The notes beneath the pieces were generated by a model that saw nothing but the letters and a program-made list of their open reading frames with translations, was not told where the DNA came from and ran no database searches. A stretch of DNA of 63,104 nt, the filler included, from Nemertoderma westbladi (Eukaryota; Animalia; Xenacoelomorpha), in assembly GCA_032718475.1 (NCBI GenBank). It is 3 parts of 3 records of this genome, joined end to end, with 100 filler letters (N's around TTAATTAATTAA, not from the genome) between each part and the next. Parts side by side here need not be neighbours in the genome. Positions count along the whole stretch, not along the records: positions 1 to 29,157 come from JAUCBJ010007839.1; 2 more parts are not named here. One strand, written 5' to 3'. Position numbers and translations under genes: made by a program. Positions 11,201 through 21,907 of this stretch are shown here, in pieces. Position 1 is the stretch's first letter; every line of letters begins with the position of its first letter.

Positions 11201-11519
11201 ACTTTTAGAGACTGCAGTACCGGTACCTCTACCGGTTCATATAGGCCTATTATTTTATAATAGTTTATTACAAATTTTTTTTTTGAATCTGATTTAGGGG
11301 AGGGGGGGGGGGTGGGGTCAACGTCTATCTGATGACATCTGATTTAGGGGAGGGAGGGGGTCAACGCCTATCTGATGACATCTGATTTAGGGGAGGGAGA
11401 GGGTCAACGTTTTGGGGAAAAGTGCAGACGTCATACTTGGACGGCCCCACACCTCAGGAAGATCCTTCTCCATCAAAAGACAATGCATCCTAGACATAGT
11501 TCAAGGCAGTTGGCATTAA
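8221..11519 (+). pseudogene. LINE ORF2 (APE endonuclease-reverse transcriptase), broken by stops, a frameshift near 9600-9650 and a MITE
   Basis: SDRVLAL..ILIGTYMP, AGDING, SFIDHI, SDHVPV (APE); SLDLTSAFDTV, GIRQGGILSAHLFNIY, FADD (RT); in-frame TGA at 8527 and 10563. Removing the MITE restores the frame to TAA at 11517-11519. Confidence 0.88.
10887..11448. mobile_element. MITE (PIF/Harbinger-like termini) inserted in the LINE ORF2 3' end
   Basis: TIRs GGGGCCGTCCAAGTATGACGTC.GCACTTT / AAAGTGC.GACGTCATACTTGGACGGCCCC; AC or CAC target duplication; internal ~43-bp repeats. Confidence 0.85.
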
Positions 11520-12546
11520 AAAGATCATAGGATAGCCAGGAACCAATTAGGATTGTGGCCAAGTCTAAGCCTAGGAGAGGCCTATAATAAAAATAAAATC
11601 ACTGATGCTCACATCCAACTATACAGTTTAACCTTTTTCGTCCAATGTGCGTTACTTATTTACATTGCTGTTTTTATATATTTTTAACTAAGGTAATCCG
11701 TCCCTTTTATTTCCACTCACATTATTTTACTTATCAAGTAGACATACATTATTACAATTTTTTTTTTTTACTCATCACAATTGTGTTTTATTATAACTGA
11801 TTCGCGGCATTGTATAGTATCTAATTCATCTAATTTGAATTTCATTTTATGCCTTTTATGTTTCATGTTATCTTACATTAATTATCGCGTAGGTATATAA
11901 TTTAATATTCATTTCCATGTTGTCTGTCATACATTAACATTATACATACATGGTATAATATATTCTATCGCATTAGGGTTTATATTCTTAAATCTTGAAT
12001 CTAAAAATTATTAAACTAAACCTTTAACTTAAACAAAACTATAATAAAACCTATAAACTAATTATGCTTTTATACTACTCTTGTGCAGTGTTTTTGCTAA
12101 GTCCACATTGTGCATGCACTTGCGTATTTTAATTTATTTTATGCATATAAATCTACATGTAATAAAGCCACCGGGGCGTAGGCCGGGTAATAATAATAAT
12201 AATAATAATAGGAGTAGCGCCCACCCCTACCTTCGGGTGCTAGCTATCGAAAGACGAGTCTTAGGGTCGCCTCCGGCTATGTCCGATTGTTTGCTTTGCT
12301 TGCTTACTTTAGATCACATTAAAAACACTATGGGAGACGTAAAAGAATAATTATTTATTATATACATGGGAAAAATGTGCTCAATTCTATCCTGATTTTG
12401 TAGAATATTCGGGTAAAAATTAAATTACTTAGTCCAACTCCAATAGGTTTAACTGGAAAATTAAATACATGATATGAGACGGGCCGATAATTTTATAATC
12501 TACAGTATGGAATGACAAGTCTGGTAAGGAACATCATCCCAGAAAC

Positions 12547-13472
12547 TCATTTTAGCAACGCCCTGTACGTTGCGTCCAGTAGCTCCTTCAATAAAGGAGC
12601 CTCCACGTTAGCTGTAGCTCCCATGTACAAAGCGTTCTGTGTGTAGGCGTACCCGATACCTTCAGTCGTATCGAAGTAGGCCTCCTGACCCCCGTAGCCA
12701 GGATGACCGAGTAACGGCGGCCCTTGGGACGACAGAGGGCGAGGTTTATTAACAAAACCCAACGCGAAAAGTAGATTGTAGTCCGCCGGTGTGCTGTACT
12801 TTAGAATACCATCGGAGTAACTCTTGGGTAAGAGGGGATCCTTATCGGGGTGGGCTAAACGACCCATAATGCGGGCGAAATCTCGGGTAGAAGCGAAACC
12901 GTACATGGAGCCGATGGGGAGTCGTCGAGTGTATGGACTGTTGAAAGCACTTACTATCTCTGGAACGTTTCTCATAACATTGTCAAACGCCCCGGTTAAC
13001 ATGAAAATCATAAAATTCCTCGCATTTGCATCGGTTAGTACGGTGTTTAGCATATAGAGGTGATCTCTTGAAGAGACTCCGTGTAGAATTCTCACCGAGC
13101 GGTACGATTCATTCAGTGGTAACCCGATTCGGAATTCAACGTCCAGCGGTTCGGAGATTTCCTCACGAACGAACCTAACGAGTTCCCGACGTTGAGGGTC
13201 CACCCGACGGATCAACCCGCTGACAACCCACGCGAAGGTGACCGCGTGGTAACAGCTCGTCCAATAAGAGGCCGCTTTCATCCAATATCACGTCCTCTGT
13301 TACTGGCGATGATGGATAGGATAACCCGCCTTGGTGATTTAGTAACATACGAACAGTAACATTGTCTTTACCGTTATTACCAAACTCCGGCCAGTATTTT
13401 ATCACTAAATCGTCTGGTTTCATATGACCCCGATAAATCAGCATATTAGCGCAGGTAGCTGCAATTGCCTTA
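12547..13472 (-). pseudogene. Beta-lactamase-family serine hydrolase (class C/esterase VIII, LACT-2-like), 5'-truncated and frameshifted
   Basis: KAIAA..YWPEFGNNGKDNVTVRMLLNHQGGL, YHAVTFAW..IRRVDP..EEISEPL..F.IGLP, GHPGYGGQ..D...GYAY..N. Frame switch with apparent deletion near 13250. The catalytic SxxK serine is missing because a TIR element starts at 13473. Confidence 0.82.
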
Positions 13473-16102
13473 CCCTGCAAACAATTTACTTTCAAGGAAT
13501 GTCAGAAAAACATCATTAATTTGTTATAAATGTTGATAAATGTTATTCCCTTGTTTGATAGAATATTTAGATGTTCAATATATGTTCTTTTAACATTACT
13601 CTATAATGTCTTTGTCAGACATTAAATAAATGATAACTGTTGATGTTAAAAAAACGTAATTTTAATGTGAGAACATAAACATTAGTCAAAAATGTTTTAT
13701 AAGTGTTTAGTTCTAACATTTTAAGAACATGGTTTGTTACATATCAGAACAATGTTATTTTGTCACATAAAATAAACATTATGCGATAGACGCTGTCACT
13801 TCTATTATCTAATCTGAGATTGATGATTGGCTAATTTTAAAATTCGCGGTAATGGAGGAATTTTCCACATGTAAGGGTATACAGTATGGTATGTTGTACA
13901 ATACTCATTCTGGTATGCCTGTATTCAATGTTTATTGTGTACATGTATTGTTATACTGCTGTATTGCAAGGCCTATCTCTATATTACTGTAGTGTAGTTA
14001 CTGCAGGCGTACTGCACTGTACAGTAGCTTATATTTTTGTTTTTATAGTTTTGGTTTTGTAATTTATTTAACCTGAACTCATAAATAAAACATATCTACC
14101 TGAATGCGAGTTCGCATTTACCCGCTGGATTCACAAATTACTGCATTAGACCTAACAATTACATAATTCAAGTCTGCCAGGACCAGGAAGTCCCCTCAAA
14201 CCAGCATTGACAGGTGGAGTATTGACTTATTTGTCTGTACTGCAGTACTGATGGTGGATTTCAACAGCCGAGGACTAAAGATTGGAATTCTTATTATTGG
14301 GAGGTCCCCATTTTCAGTTGAAGGGGCAGGGCACAGGGACAGCATTACTACAAAACTTTCGATTCGATTTGAAAACTTCACATTAACTGTTATTACAAAC
14401 TATTTATTGTTTCAGTTTTTAGATTGTACTTTTGTAGGGCCTAGGCCTATTGATTTATTTTTACAGTTTAATAAATGAAGCTCCTCCTGCAGTGGTCAAT
14501 TGGGCTCCATTTCATTGCTTTACATTACAGACTATTAAACTGGTTGAGAGATTATATAATATAGGCCTAAGTAATAAGTTGGCTTTCTAAGAACATTGTA
14601 TGATATTATGATGCCTTATCATGGTGGCGGGGGGGGGGGGGGGGGTGCCTGAGGGAATTATTGGTAGTGTGGCTGGAGGCCTGGCTACAACACTTTGATG
14701 GGGTATATGGTCTCCTTTCTACTACTGTACTTATTTTCTTTGGCAACCTGCCTGGGATAATGTGGATTGTATCTGGTCTGGGGTCGGGCTCCTTTCCAAA
14801 GCAACTTCAACTTCGAATATTTTCTAATATTCGGTTTATTGCACTTGTCATTATAATTTTTTTGATTTAACGGAACTTGACGATGGCAAAATGCTCTCAG
14901 AGTTAGTGTAAGTTGGAATCTCCACGGTAGGGTCCCGGGACCGGGACCCTACCCTCGCTACGCTAGTGTCACTCAGCTATAATTATAATTAACATTTAAT
15001 ATTTTAAATATGATTTGTTCAGATAGGGGATTTGCGATGCAATCAAAATCATCCCTCTCCAGGGAGATATCGATTCAAATAAGTACTGATTACTCTCCCA
15101 GAAATAAATCTGTAACCTGTTTTTTTTAGTTTACCCGTAGGATATAATAATGTGCCTCTGTAGCCAACTGTAACCTGCTCCTTTTAATAATTTAACATTG
15201 TTGTGAGGTATTATTTAATAAACCCACTATATGTACATTATTTTATAATGACTACAAATCAGATCTATAAATCTAGTGAATAATATTAACTCAAAGTATT
15301 TTAATTGATGTAATTCATTACGTTGTTGTCACTTATTATTACGTCATAAACATATTCTTTGTAAGTCTGTGATTAACTTTAACCGAAATATCAAAACCAT
15401 TTAAGTAATGGGCCATACAGCCATATATTTGTTATTTACTTATTCCATGATATTTTACTTTGATTTTGCTGTTTATTTCATTATTTGTTCCTGACTGGTC
15501 ATTATACAAAAAATTCAATTCATGTTATACGTTTTAATTGTTATTAATTTGCATACAATTGCCTACAACAAAATTGTATTCAATCAAACTGTGTTAGAGA
15601 TTGTAGCCTGCCACTACCATATCAACATGCGTAGGGAAATTATTAATTAATTATTCAATAAAGGGTTTGGCAATTATAAAGAACGATATAAAGAACGGCA
15701 ATGGAGGGGGATTATTAGTTTGAGCAAGCGAACCAACCATAAAACATGAGAGATGGGCTTAAATGCACGTATAATGTTACGTTTTTAGCAAACAATATTT
15801 TTATGTTAAGAAATAACATAAAAGTAACGATCTAAATAAACATTATGCCGTTGTTATTTTAATGTCAATAAAAATACAATAATAATGATAAGGAATAACA
15901 TAAAAGTAATGATATATGTAACCATCCTGGCTTTGTTATTTTAATGTTATTAAAAACGAAATAATAACGTTAGTATATAACGTCATATTTCTTGGCCAAT
16001 TTACAGTTTTTTTATCATTAATCTAACAATTTGAAATAATGTTATCTATGTCATTAAATAACATTTTAATAACAGCTTTTTAACAATACATTGTTTGCAG
16101 GG
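13473..16102. mobile_element. Non-autonomous TIR DNA transposon, CACTA/EnSpm-like (CCC termini), with nested repeat fragments
   Basis: Perfect 13-bp TIR CCCTGCAAACAAT / ATTGTTTGCAGGG; many subterminal AACATT/AATGTT motifs at both ends; no clean TSD; no transposase seen. Confidence 0.6.
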
Positions 16103-16179
16103 ATTATATATGTATGCACGACGGCGGCGACTTGTGGGTGCTCCATTTCCCAGCTGGCGTATTCGAACATGATTGTGTA

Positions 16180-16343
16180 GTTTATAATTTATTATTAGTG
16201 TTATGGGTGAATGAGTGGTTTCAAATTATTATAACTTTTTGTTGGGCACAGCTTTTGCAAAGTCGGCAATGACGTCTAGCTGGGATCGAATTGGTGACCC
16301 CCGTGTTGGAAGTCTGACGCTCTAACCATTCAGCTAGCGGCTC
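16180..16343 (-). mobile_element. tRNA-derived SINE fragment
   Basis: Minus strand GAGCCGCTAGCTGAATGGTTAGAGCG..AATTCGATCCC has A-box and degenerate B-box, but anticodon and acceptor stems do not pair. Confidence 0.55.
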
Positions 16344-17324
16344 AGGTAAAAGATAGACCTGGAAATACTATCTGATACCTTGTGTGTCCGCAATTTACCT
16401 CCTCATGGCCTCCCATCTGCCAATACCATCATGGTAATCGATCATAAACTCTCGAAGTGGCATATGTTGTCTGGACACTCCCATGCTGTAAAACATTATT
16501 ACATTACATTTTTCGAACCTTTCTCATCTGTACGTAAACACCATAGAATAATATTGATAATGATTCCCTATGTAAAACCAAGACAATAGATTAGCCGTAA
16601 CGCGACAATTAGCCGTAACGCGACATTAGCCGCACCACCACTGCGCCCTCTCCATCGAGTATAACAACCTGGCGTACAGTATCTATAGCGTATCGGTACA
16701 AACACAGGGAAGCTTAACTTGATATAGCAAATAAAATAACAATTTTCAAACGCTGTTTTCGCTAGTTTGAAAGCTGTCGGTAGTGGTAAAGTAGTAAATT
16801 ATATTCCTCATTGAGGAAATTTTCTCAAATAATTAACGTTCAATTATAATTAATTAACTAAAATATGTTCCAATAAAATAATAAGTAATGTTGTATCAAA
16901 TGTTATATTCTATAAAATAATAAATTAAATGTTCTAGAACAAATTGCTCAACCTTTTACACTTGGAATCTTCCAGATTGAGGACCTGTGCCCCAGAATTG
17001 ATGTACCAACTTTGTCCTTCTAATTTGTCTCCACCCAACCTTGTCAATTTAATATTTGTTAGTGGCGACTCAACTACATATGTACGATTTTGAACTGGAA
17101 TATCTTGATAATAATAATGGGAAGCTTTTAACAATAATTGGGGGATGAGCTGGGATCGTGATGCTCCGTGTTTAATAGGTATCAGTTTTGTACTGTAAGT
17201 TCGTTTATATCTCTCAAAAACCGACACTTGTCACTCAATCTACGGATCACACCAAACTGAACACTCACAACCTACTACTGTAATAACTGGTTGTTACATG
17301 GCTTTGTGCAATCCTCCCTCAATC

Positions 17325-17692
17325 TCGCAGAGTCCGAGTTGATACAGCGCAGATCCGTTTCCCAATTAATCGCATTTGGCGGCGCAGGTTCGAATCCGCC
17401 TAATAGTTGTCAAAATCTCGCATTATTGTTTCCCTAAGTTAGACACTTATACAGTAAGACATTAGTTTTTGCGCAAACAGAGCGGTAGGCCCAGGGCGGT
17501 AGGGGAACCTGGTTTCTGTTCAGTGTGTTATATATAAATGGTTGTAGAGCTATAGATTTTCATCCATGGGAGCTAGTGTGCCTCCCCCCCCCCACACCTG
17601 CCTTACGGGTAACAGCCAAGAGAAAGAAGCCTTGTCCGTGATTTGCAGAGTGTTCTGTTTCACATCTTCACCGATAACTTTATTTTACTTTT
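17325..17692 (+). mobile_element. tRNA-derived SINE
   Basis: B-box GGTTCGAATCC at ~17387; 3' part (GTAACAGCCAAGAGA...AACTT.ATTTTACTTTTA) shared with the copy at ~19745-20041. Confidence 0.55.
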
Positions 17693-17872
17693 AATCTTTT
17701 CCCGACAATCACCAATGAAGGGTATAAAGAAACAGGTCGCAGTGGCATGTAATTATAACCAAAATAATAAACGGGAGTCATAGCACATGTCACCGTTTCA
17801 TTATCTGGCGGAGATTGGACGCGAGACAAGTTTGCAACGTACCGGTTACATCTCCGTTTGAGTGGAATCAAG

Positions 17873-18290
17873 ATGGGCTCTAACTGCTAAGGTCACCATC
17901 ACCAAATCTATGGATGGCACTAATACAAAAATGCTACCCCGGGTTCATTCTGTCATAGTACGAATACATCTCCAATCGAAAACTGTATATCAAAGGAGGT
18001 GTCTCATTAGTCGCCCCAGCTGACACTTGAATGGTGCCGCCTCCGCTTTACAGGACATTGTTTTCGCCTTGAGGACATGCCAGTCAATAATTTTGTGCTT
18101 TGGCGGAATGGAGTGAATAAGCATGGTGGACAGACCATGAATTTCTCGTGACGCCTCTCAAAGGTGTCATGTCATGGGTGATAGGGATTCGTGGCGGCGC
18201 AATTTTTCAGACAAGCCGGCAGCTTTCTTAATATGTAAGGATATACTGTATATAGATATTATGCAGCTGCAATGCAGCATGCCAATAGTA
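17873..18290 (+). mobile_element. Decayed RTE-clade LINE 3' fragment
   Basis: Colinear similarity to 53125-53550 (TGGGCTCTAACTGCT.., GGAGTGAATAAGCATGGTGGACAG, TGTCATGGGTGATAGGGA, GCAGCTGCAATGCAGCATGCC). Confidence 0.8.
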
Positions 18291-18315
18291 ATAGTATCTC
18301 TACTTTTTGCCTTAC

Positions 18316-18485
18316 CATGTCTTCGGTAATCCGAAGTGTCAGTAAACTGACTTTGCAGTTTTTTATTGGCGGCGGTGGCCAGCTGGTGAAATTCTTCCAT
18401 CTTTCTATCATGTTCCTCTCGTTTCTTCTCTTCGATAAGTTTGCTCGCTTCGGGGTCCCAACCAACTGGTGGTCTGTAATCGAAT
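18316..18485 (-). CDS. CFAP95: CFAP95 (C9orf135-like) coding exon 3
   Basis: Acceptor gattag, donor gtaagg; encodes FDYRPP..KKLQSQFTDTSDYRRHG, matching the SQFTD motif of the family; phase matches exon 2. The terminal exon was not found. Confidence 0.8.
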
Positions 18486-18514
18486 CTAATCACAAATATA
18501 TTAAAAAGCGGTCG

Positions 18515-18905
18515 GTGGTACATATGGTGGTACTCCCATAGCTTTATTCGTGGTGGTACACACACATGGTTATACACAGACGGTGGTACACATTGTGGTA
18601 CAGTACACATGGATATACATAGACGGTGGTACCCACATCTGCGTATAACCATGTGTACTGTACCACAATGTGTACCCATATGGTGATACACACACATGGA
18701 TATACACAGACGGTGGTACACATGGTGGTACATACGTAATGGCATATCATTATAAGTGGTACACACATGCCGTGGTACATATAGTGGTACACAACCTGTG
18801 GTACACATGCTTGTACATACATGATGGCACTTAGAGGTACTGTAGGTGGGACAAAAATGGTGGTGGGTGACATACATTGGAGGTACACATATGGCGGTAC
18901 AGATA
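18515..18905. repeat. Degenerate minisatellite built on GTGGTACACA/ATGGTAC motifs (CFAP95 intron 2)
   Basis: Irregularly spaced recurring TGGTAC(A/C) motifs. Confidence 0.75.
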
Positions 18906-19303
18906 CACATAGGCCTACTGGCACACTCAACGATAATAATAGCTATAATACTTTAGGTGGTCCAATCAGAAACAGGGCTAATTAAATCAGTACGCTAGAG
19001 GGCTAACGCGTATTAAGTTACTCTCCAATATACAGTAAGTCACACACTCTGAAATCATAAAAAACAAATAGGCCTATCTTATAGTATGATTTTATTACAG
19101 AAGGAAAATAAATATCAACAAAATACTTCTGTTATATATCGTTCACACACAGTTAGAAAAACTTTCGGTATGGCGCGTTGAAAGAGGATTAATCGATTAA
19201 TCGTATTAATCTAGTTTATTAACCAACAAATGGGTGTTTTCGAATACTGTAATTAAGTTAAGTTATTAATTAATTAAATTATTAATTCACATAATTAACC
19301 AAC

Positions 19304-19399
19304 CTGTGGGTGGTTTCACAGTAGATCCTACCGCGTTCTGGATGATGACGTGGTAGAATATTATTCCCCCTGTTGTTGTCTCTCAAGAAATTGTCGATC
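19304..19399 (-). CDS. CFAP95: CFAP95 coding exon 2
   Basis: 96-nt phase 2-2 exon, acceptor ttacag, donor gttggt; encodes IDNFLRDNNRGNNILPRHHPERGRIYCETTHR (LPRH..TT motif). Confidence 0.8.
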
Positions 19400-19744
19400 C
19401 TGTAACATATTATAAGCCAAAAAGGGGTGCTGAAATGTAATGTTGTTTACTAACTGTATTGTATAACACAAATCCACTCTGTATTACGTGCACGTTTACT
19501 AGTGTTACAGAATTAAGAAGTTACGGAGTTCAGTAACTACTGTACTACACACGAAAAGATAAACCTGACGAAACCACTCTTCCTTCTGCTGTCGCATAGG
19601 AACAACTTTACTAACTTTATTTGACCAAGTTATTAGCACCCTGTATATATATACACGCAACTCTGAAAAGGGCCACTTTACTGCGTTGCGGCCTATAAGG
19701 TCGGAGCGCTGCAAATAAATCAACAACTTTTTAATTCTATAATC

Positions 19745-20041
19745 GTTGAGGAGATGAGCTTGTAGAGTGATCACCACTTTGTTTCTAACTGGGAGGTCTC
19801 GGGTTCTATCCTACACCGAACCAGTTTGGAATTCGTAAAGAAGCGTCAACTCGGTGATATGGGAACCTGGGAACTCCTGGGTGAGTAGATAAAGGTGTCG
19901 GATAGTAACGAACTGTTCAACCTTTGGAGTTAGTGTGTTGTCCTCCCTTCCTAATATGTAACAGCCAAGAGAGACGAAAGCTTACGGTTGCCTCTTCTGT
20001 TACGTGTCTCATTTTCCACAGCTAACTTAATTTTACTTTTA
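19745..20041 (+). mobile_element. tRNA-derived SINE (CFAP95 intron 1)
   Basis: tRNA-like head with GGTTCTATCC B-box-like motif; tail shared with the 17325-17692 copy. Confidence 0.55.
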
Positions 20042-20522
20042 ATGAACAGCTTAGTAACAAGAAACTTATTCAAGAAAGATTATTGAGTTTAAAATAATAA
20101 AATATGGTTTACCTTACAGTTTCTAGTATACCTGCAATTATTGCTTAAATTAATATGAATCTCATTAATATTCCGTAATGCAATACCGTTTTACAATACC
20201 GTAATCAAGTTTTTAACACTCCGAAGTTAACTATAAATTATTTTAATATAATTTAAGTAAACAATTATTGCATTAAAATTACTCTTTTCAGAGTTAAAGA
20301 CTCATTACTATTTATGTTTGTCAACCACCCCCGTTGAGCTGCTTGGTATTATATACTGTGAATTCATTTAGATCATAACGTTGAAAAGTGATACTTTTCT
20401 TCACACAATGAGGTAAATCCTCATTACATGGCACTCAATCACACTATCTGATACACAGGTACAGTAGAACACAAACTATACAAACCGCCATAGTGAAAAA
20501 AACTAAACTAAATGTTTTACAG

Positions 20523-20776
20523 CAGGTACAAATTTACAAAAAGTGCGACCAGGTACAAATTTACAAAAAGTGCGACCAGGTACAAATTTACAAAAAGTGC
20601 GACCAGGTACAAATTTACAAAAAGTGCGACCAGGTACAAATTTACAAAAAGTGCGACCAGGTACAAATTTACAAAAAGTGCGACCAGGTACAAATTTACA
20701 AAAAGTGCGACCAGGTACAAATTCACAAAAAGTGCGACCAGGTACAAATTTACAAAAAGTGCGACCAGGTACAAAC
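20523..20776. repeat. 27-bp tandem repeat, ~9.5 copies
   Basis: Unit CAGGTACAAATTTACAAAAAGTGCGAC, nearly perfect. Confidence 0.97.
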
Positions 20777-21077
20777 TTATACTAATTAATTGCCACACTG
20801 ACACAAATTATAGTACAGGTCCCCTAAATACAGTAGAATTGAAAAAAATAAATTTTTAAAATATAATAATTTTAGTTTTAATTATAATTTATAATTAATT
20901 ATAATAATAATTTTTTTTCTATCTTGTACTCACAAAGATACTGGTTTCCTCACAACTTATGTACCGTAAAATTTACTTTAAAATGTCCCTTTTGGACTTC
21001 GGTAAACAGATACAAAATATTCCAAATAAACACAACGCAAGTCTCTTCTGAAACTATTATATAAATTGTTTACCAAC

Positions 21078-21490
21078 CTGGTATCGTTGCAAACACTAAA
21101 TCCGGCGTTCACGAGGTGAGTATCCTTCGGTGGCTCCTCTTTATGGAGTATTTGCTCCATTTGCTCCTGGGCAGTTGTCCGGAATTCGCCATCTCGACCG
21201 TCTGCGATCCTTTTATAAGAGGATTTCCGGAGATTTTTCTCGAGCGAGGAGCTAAAATCGTAGTCCCTGGGCTCGGCTTCCCGCACCTGATGCCAGTTGG
21301 AGACCAGCACCCTGGGGCTGTACTGTTTGTGGTCCGTGCGTAATGTTAGCGTGCCGGCCCGTTCCCGAACCTGCGGTATGGCTACCGACGCAGACATCGC
21401 TGGGCGCGTAGAGTTTCTCGGGGAAGGTACCGAATGGGATCTCGAGGATCGTTTGTCTCTTCGAACTCTCTCAGTGCCAGAAACTGGCAT
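21078..21490 (-). CDS. CFAP95: CFAP95 coding exon 1 (cilia- and flagella-associated protein 95)
   Basis: ERAGTLTLRTDHKQYSPRVLVSNWHQVREAEPRDYD closely resembles the C9orf135/CFAP95 N-terminus as I recall it; donor CAG/gttggt at 21078/21077 in phase with exon 2. The start could be the second Met. Confidence 0.82.
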
Positions 21491-21494
21491 TCCC

Positions 21495-21568
21495 GTTGCT
21501 ATGGTGGTTGTTAGCCTATCTCTGCGAACAGGACCAATCAGAGGCGGCTTAGAAACGCTGGCAACCTC
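21495..21568 (-). promoter_or_regulatory. Putative CFAP95 promoter: RFX X-box-like half sites and CCAAT box
   Basis: GTTGCTATGG at 21495, GACCAATCAG at ~21532, TGGCAAC at ~21559, directly upstream of a ciliary gene. Confidence 0.5.
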
Positions 21569-21907
21569 AGAAGTTTATTAACATTGACAGTTTAAGCCGG
21601 CTTTATAACTCAATTATTAAGAAATAATACTTGTAACTTAAAGATATACCTTATTATGACTTATTATTGTCTTACTGTAATATTATAGTCATGGCTGTTG
21701 TAATAATTAATTGCGTTTACAATTAATATACAGTAACTCTAAATGTACTATTAATTATTGTAATACTACTGTATGATAACATTTATACCGTATTTTAACG
21801 GCTTTATTATATTGCAACATGCAACAGTGATACACTTTAATATATAATATGAATAATAATTAACAAAAAAAGCTTGTTATACTGTACTGTTTAGTATAGT
21901 AAGAAGC

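Larger units (their letters stand above)
8220..12210 (+). mobile_element. Decayed non-LTR retrotransposon (LINE, APE endonuclease + RT; CR1/L2-group-like), interrupted 5' by the BEL element
   Basis: APE and RT motifs, AT-rich 3' UTR, AATAAA at 12161, short GC-rich stem (CCGG..CCGG) and a (TAA)7 tail ending at 12210. Confidence 0.8.

Noticed and set aside
12547-13472. Bacterial contamination or antibiotic-resistance gene
   Set aside because: Embedded among animal transposons on the same contig as spliced genes; this hydrolase family is widespread in invertebrates.
16271-17405. tRNA genes at ~16271-16343 and ~17325-17405
   Set aside because: Cloverleaf stems do not pair properly and they run into SINE-like bodies.
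18167-18930. Cys/His-rich 247-aa and 128-aa ORFs
   Set aside because: Translation of a degenerate minisatellite read through into CFAP95 exon 3.
20493-20859. Repetitive ORFs in four frames
   Set aside because: By-product of the 27-bp tandem repeat.
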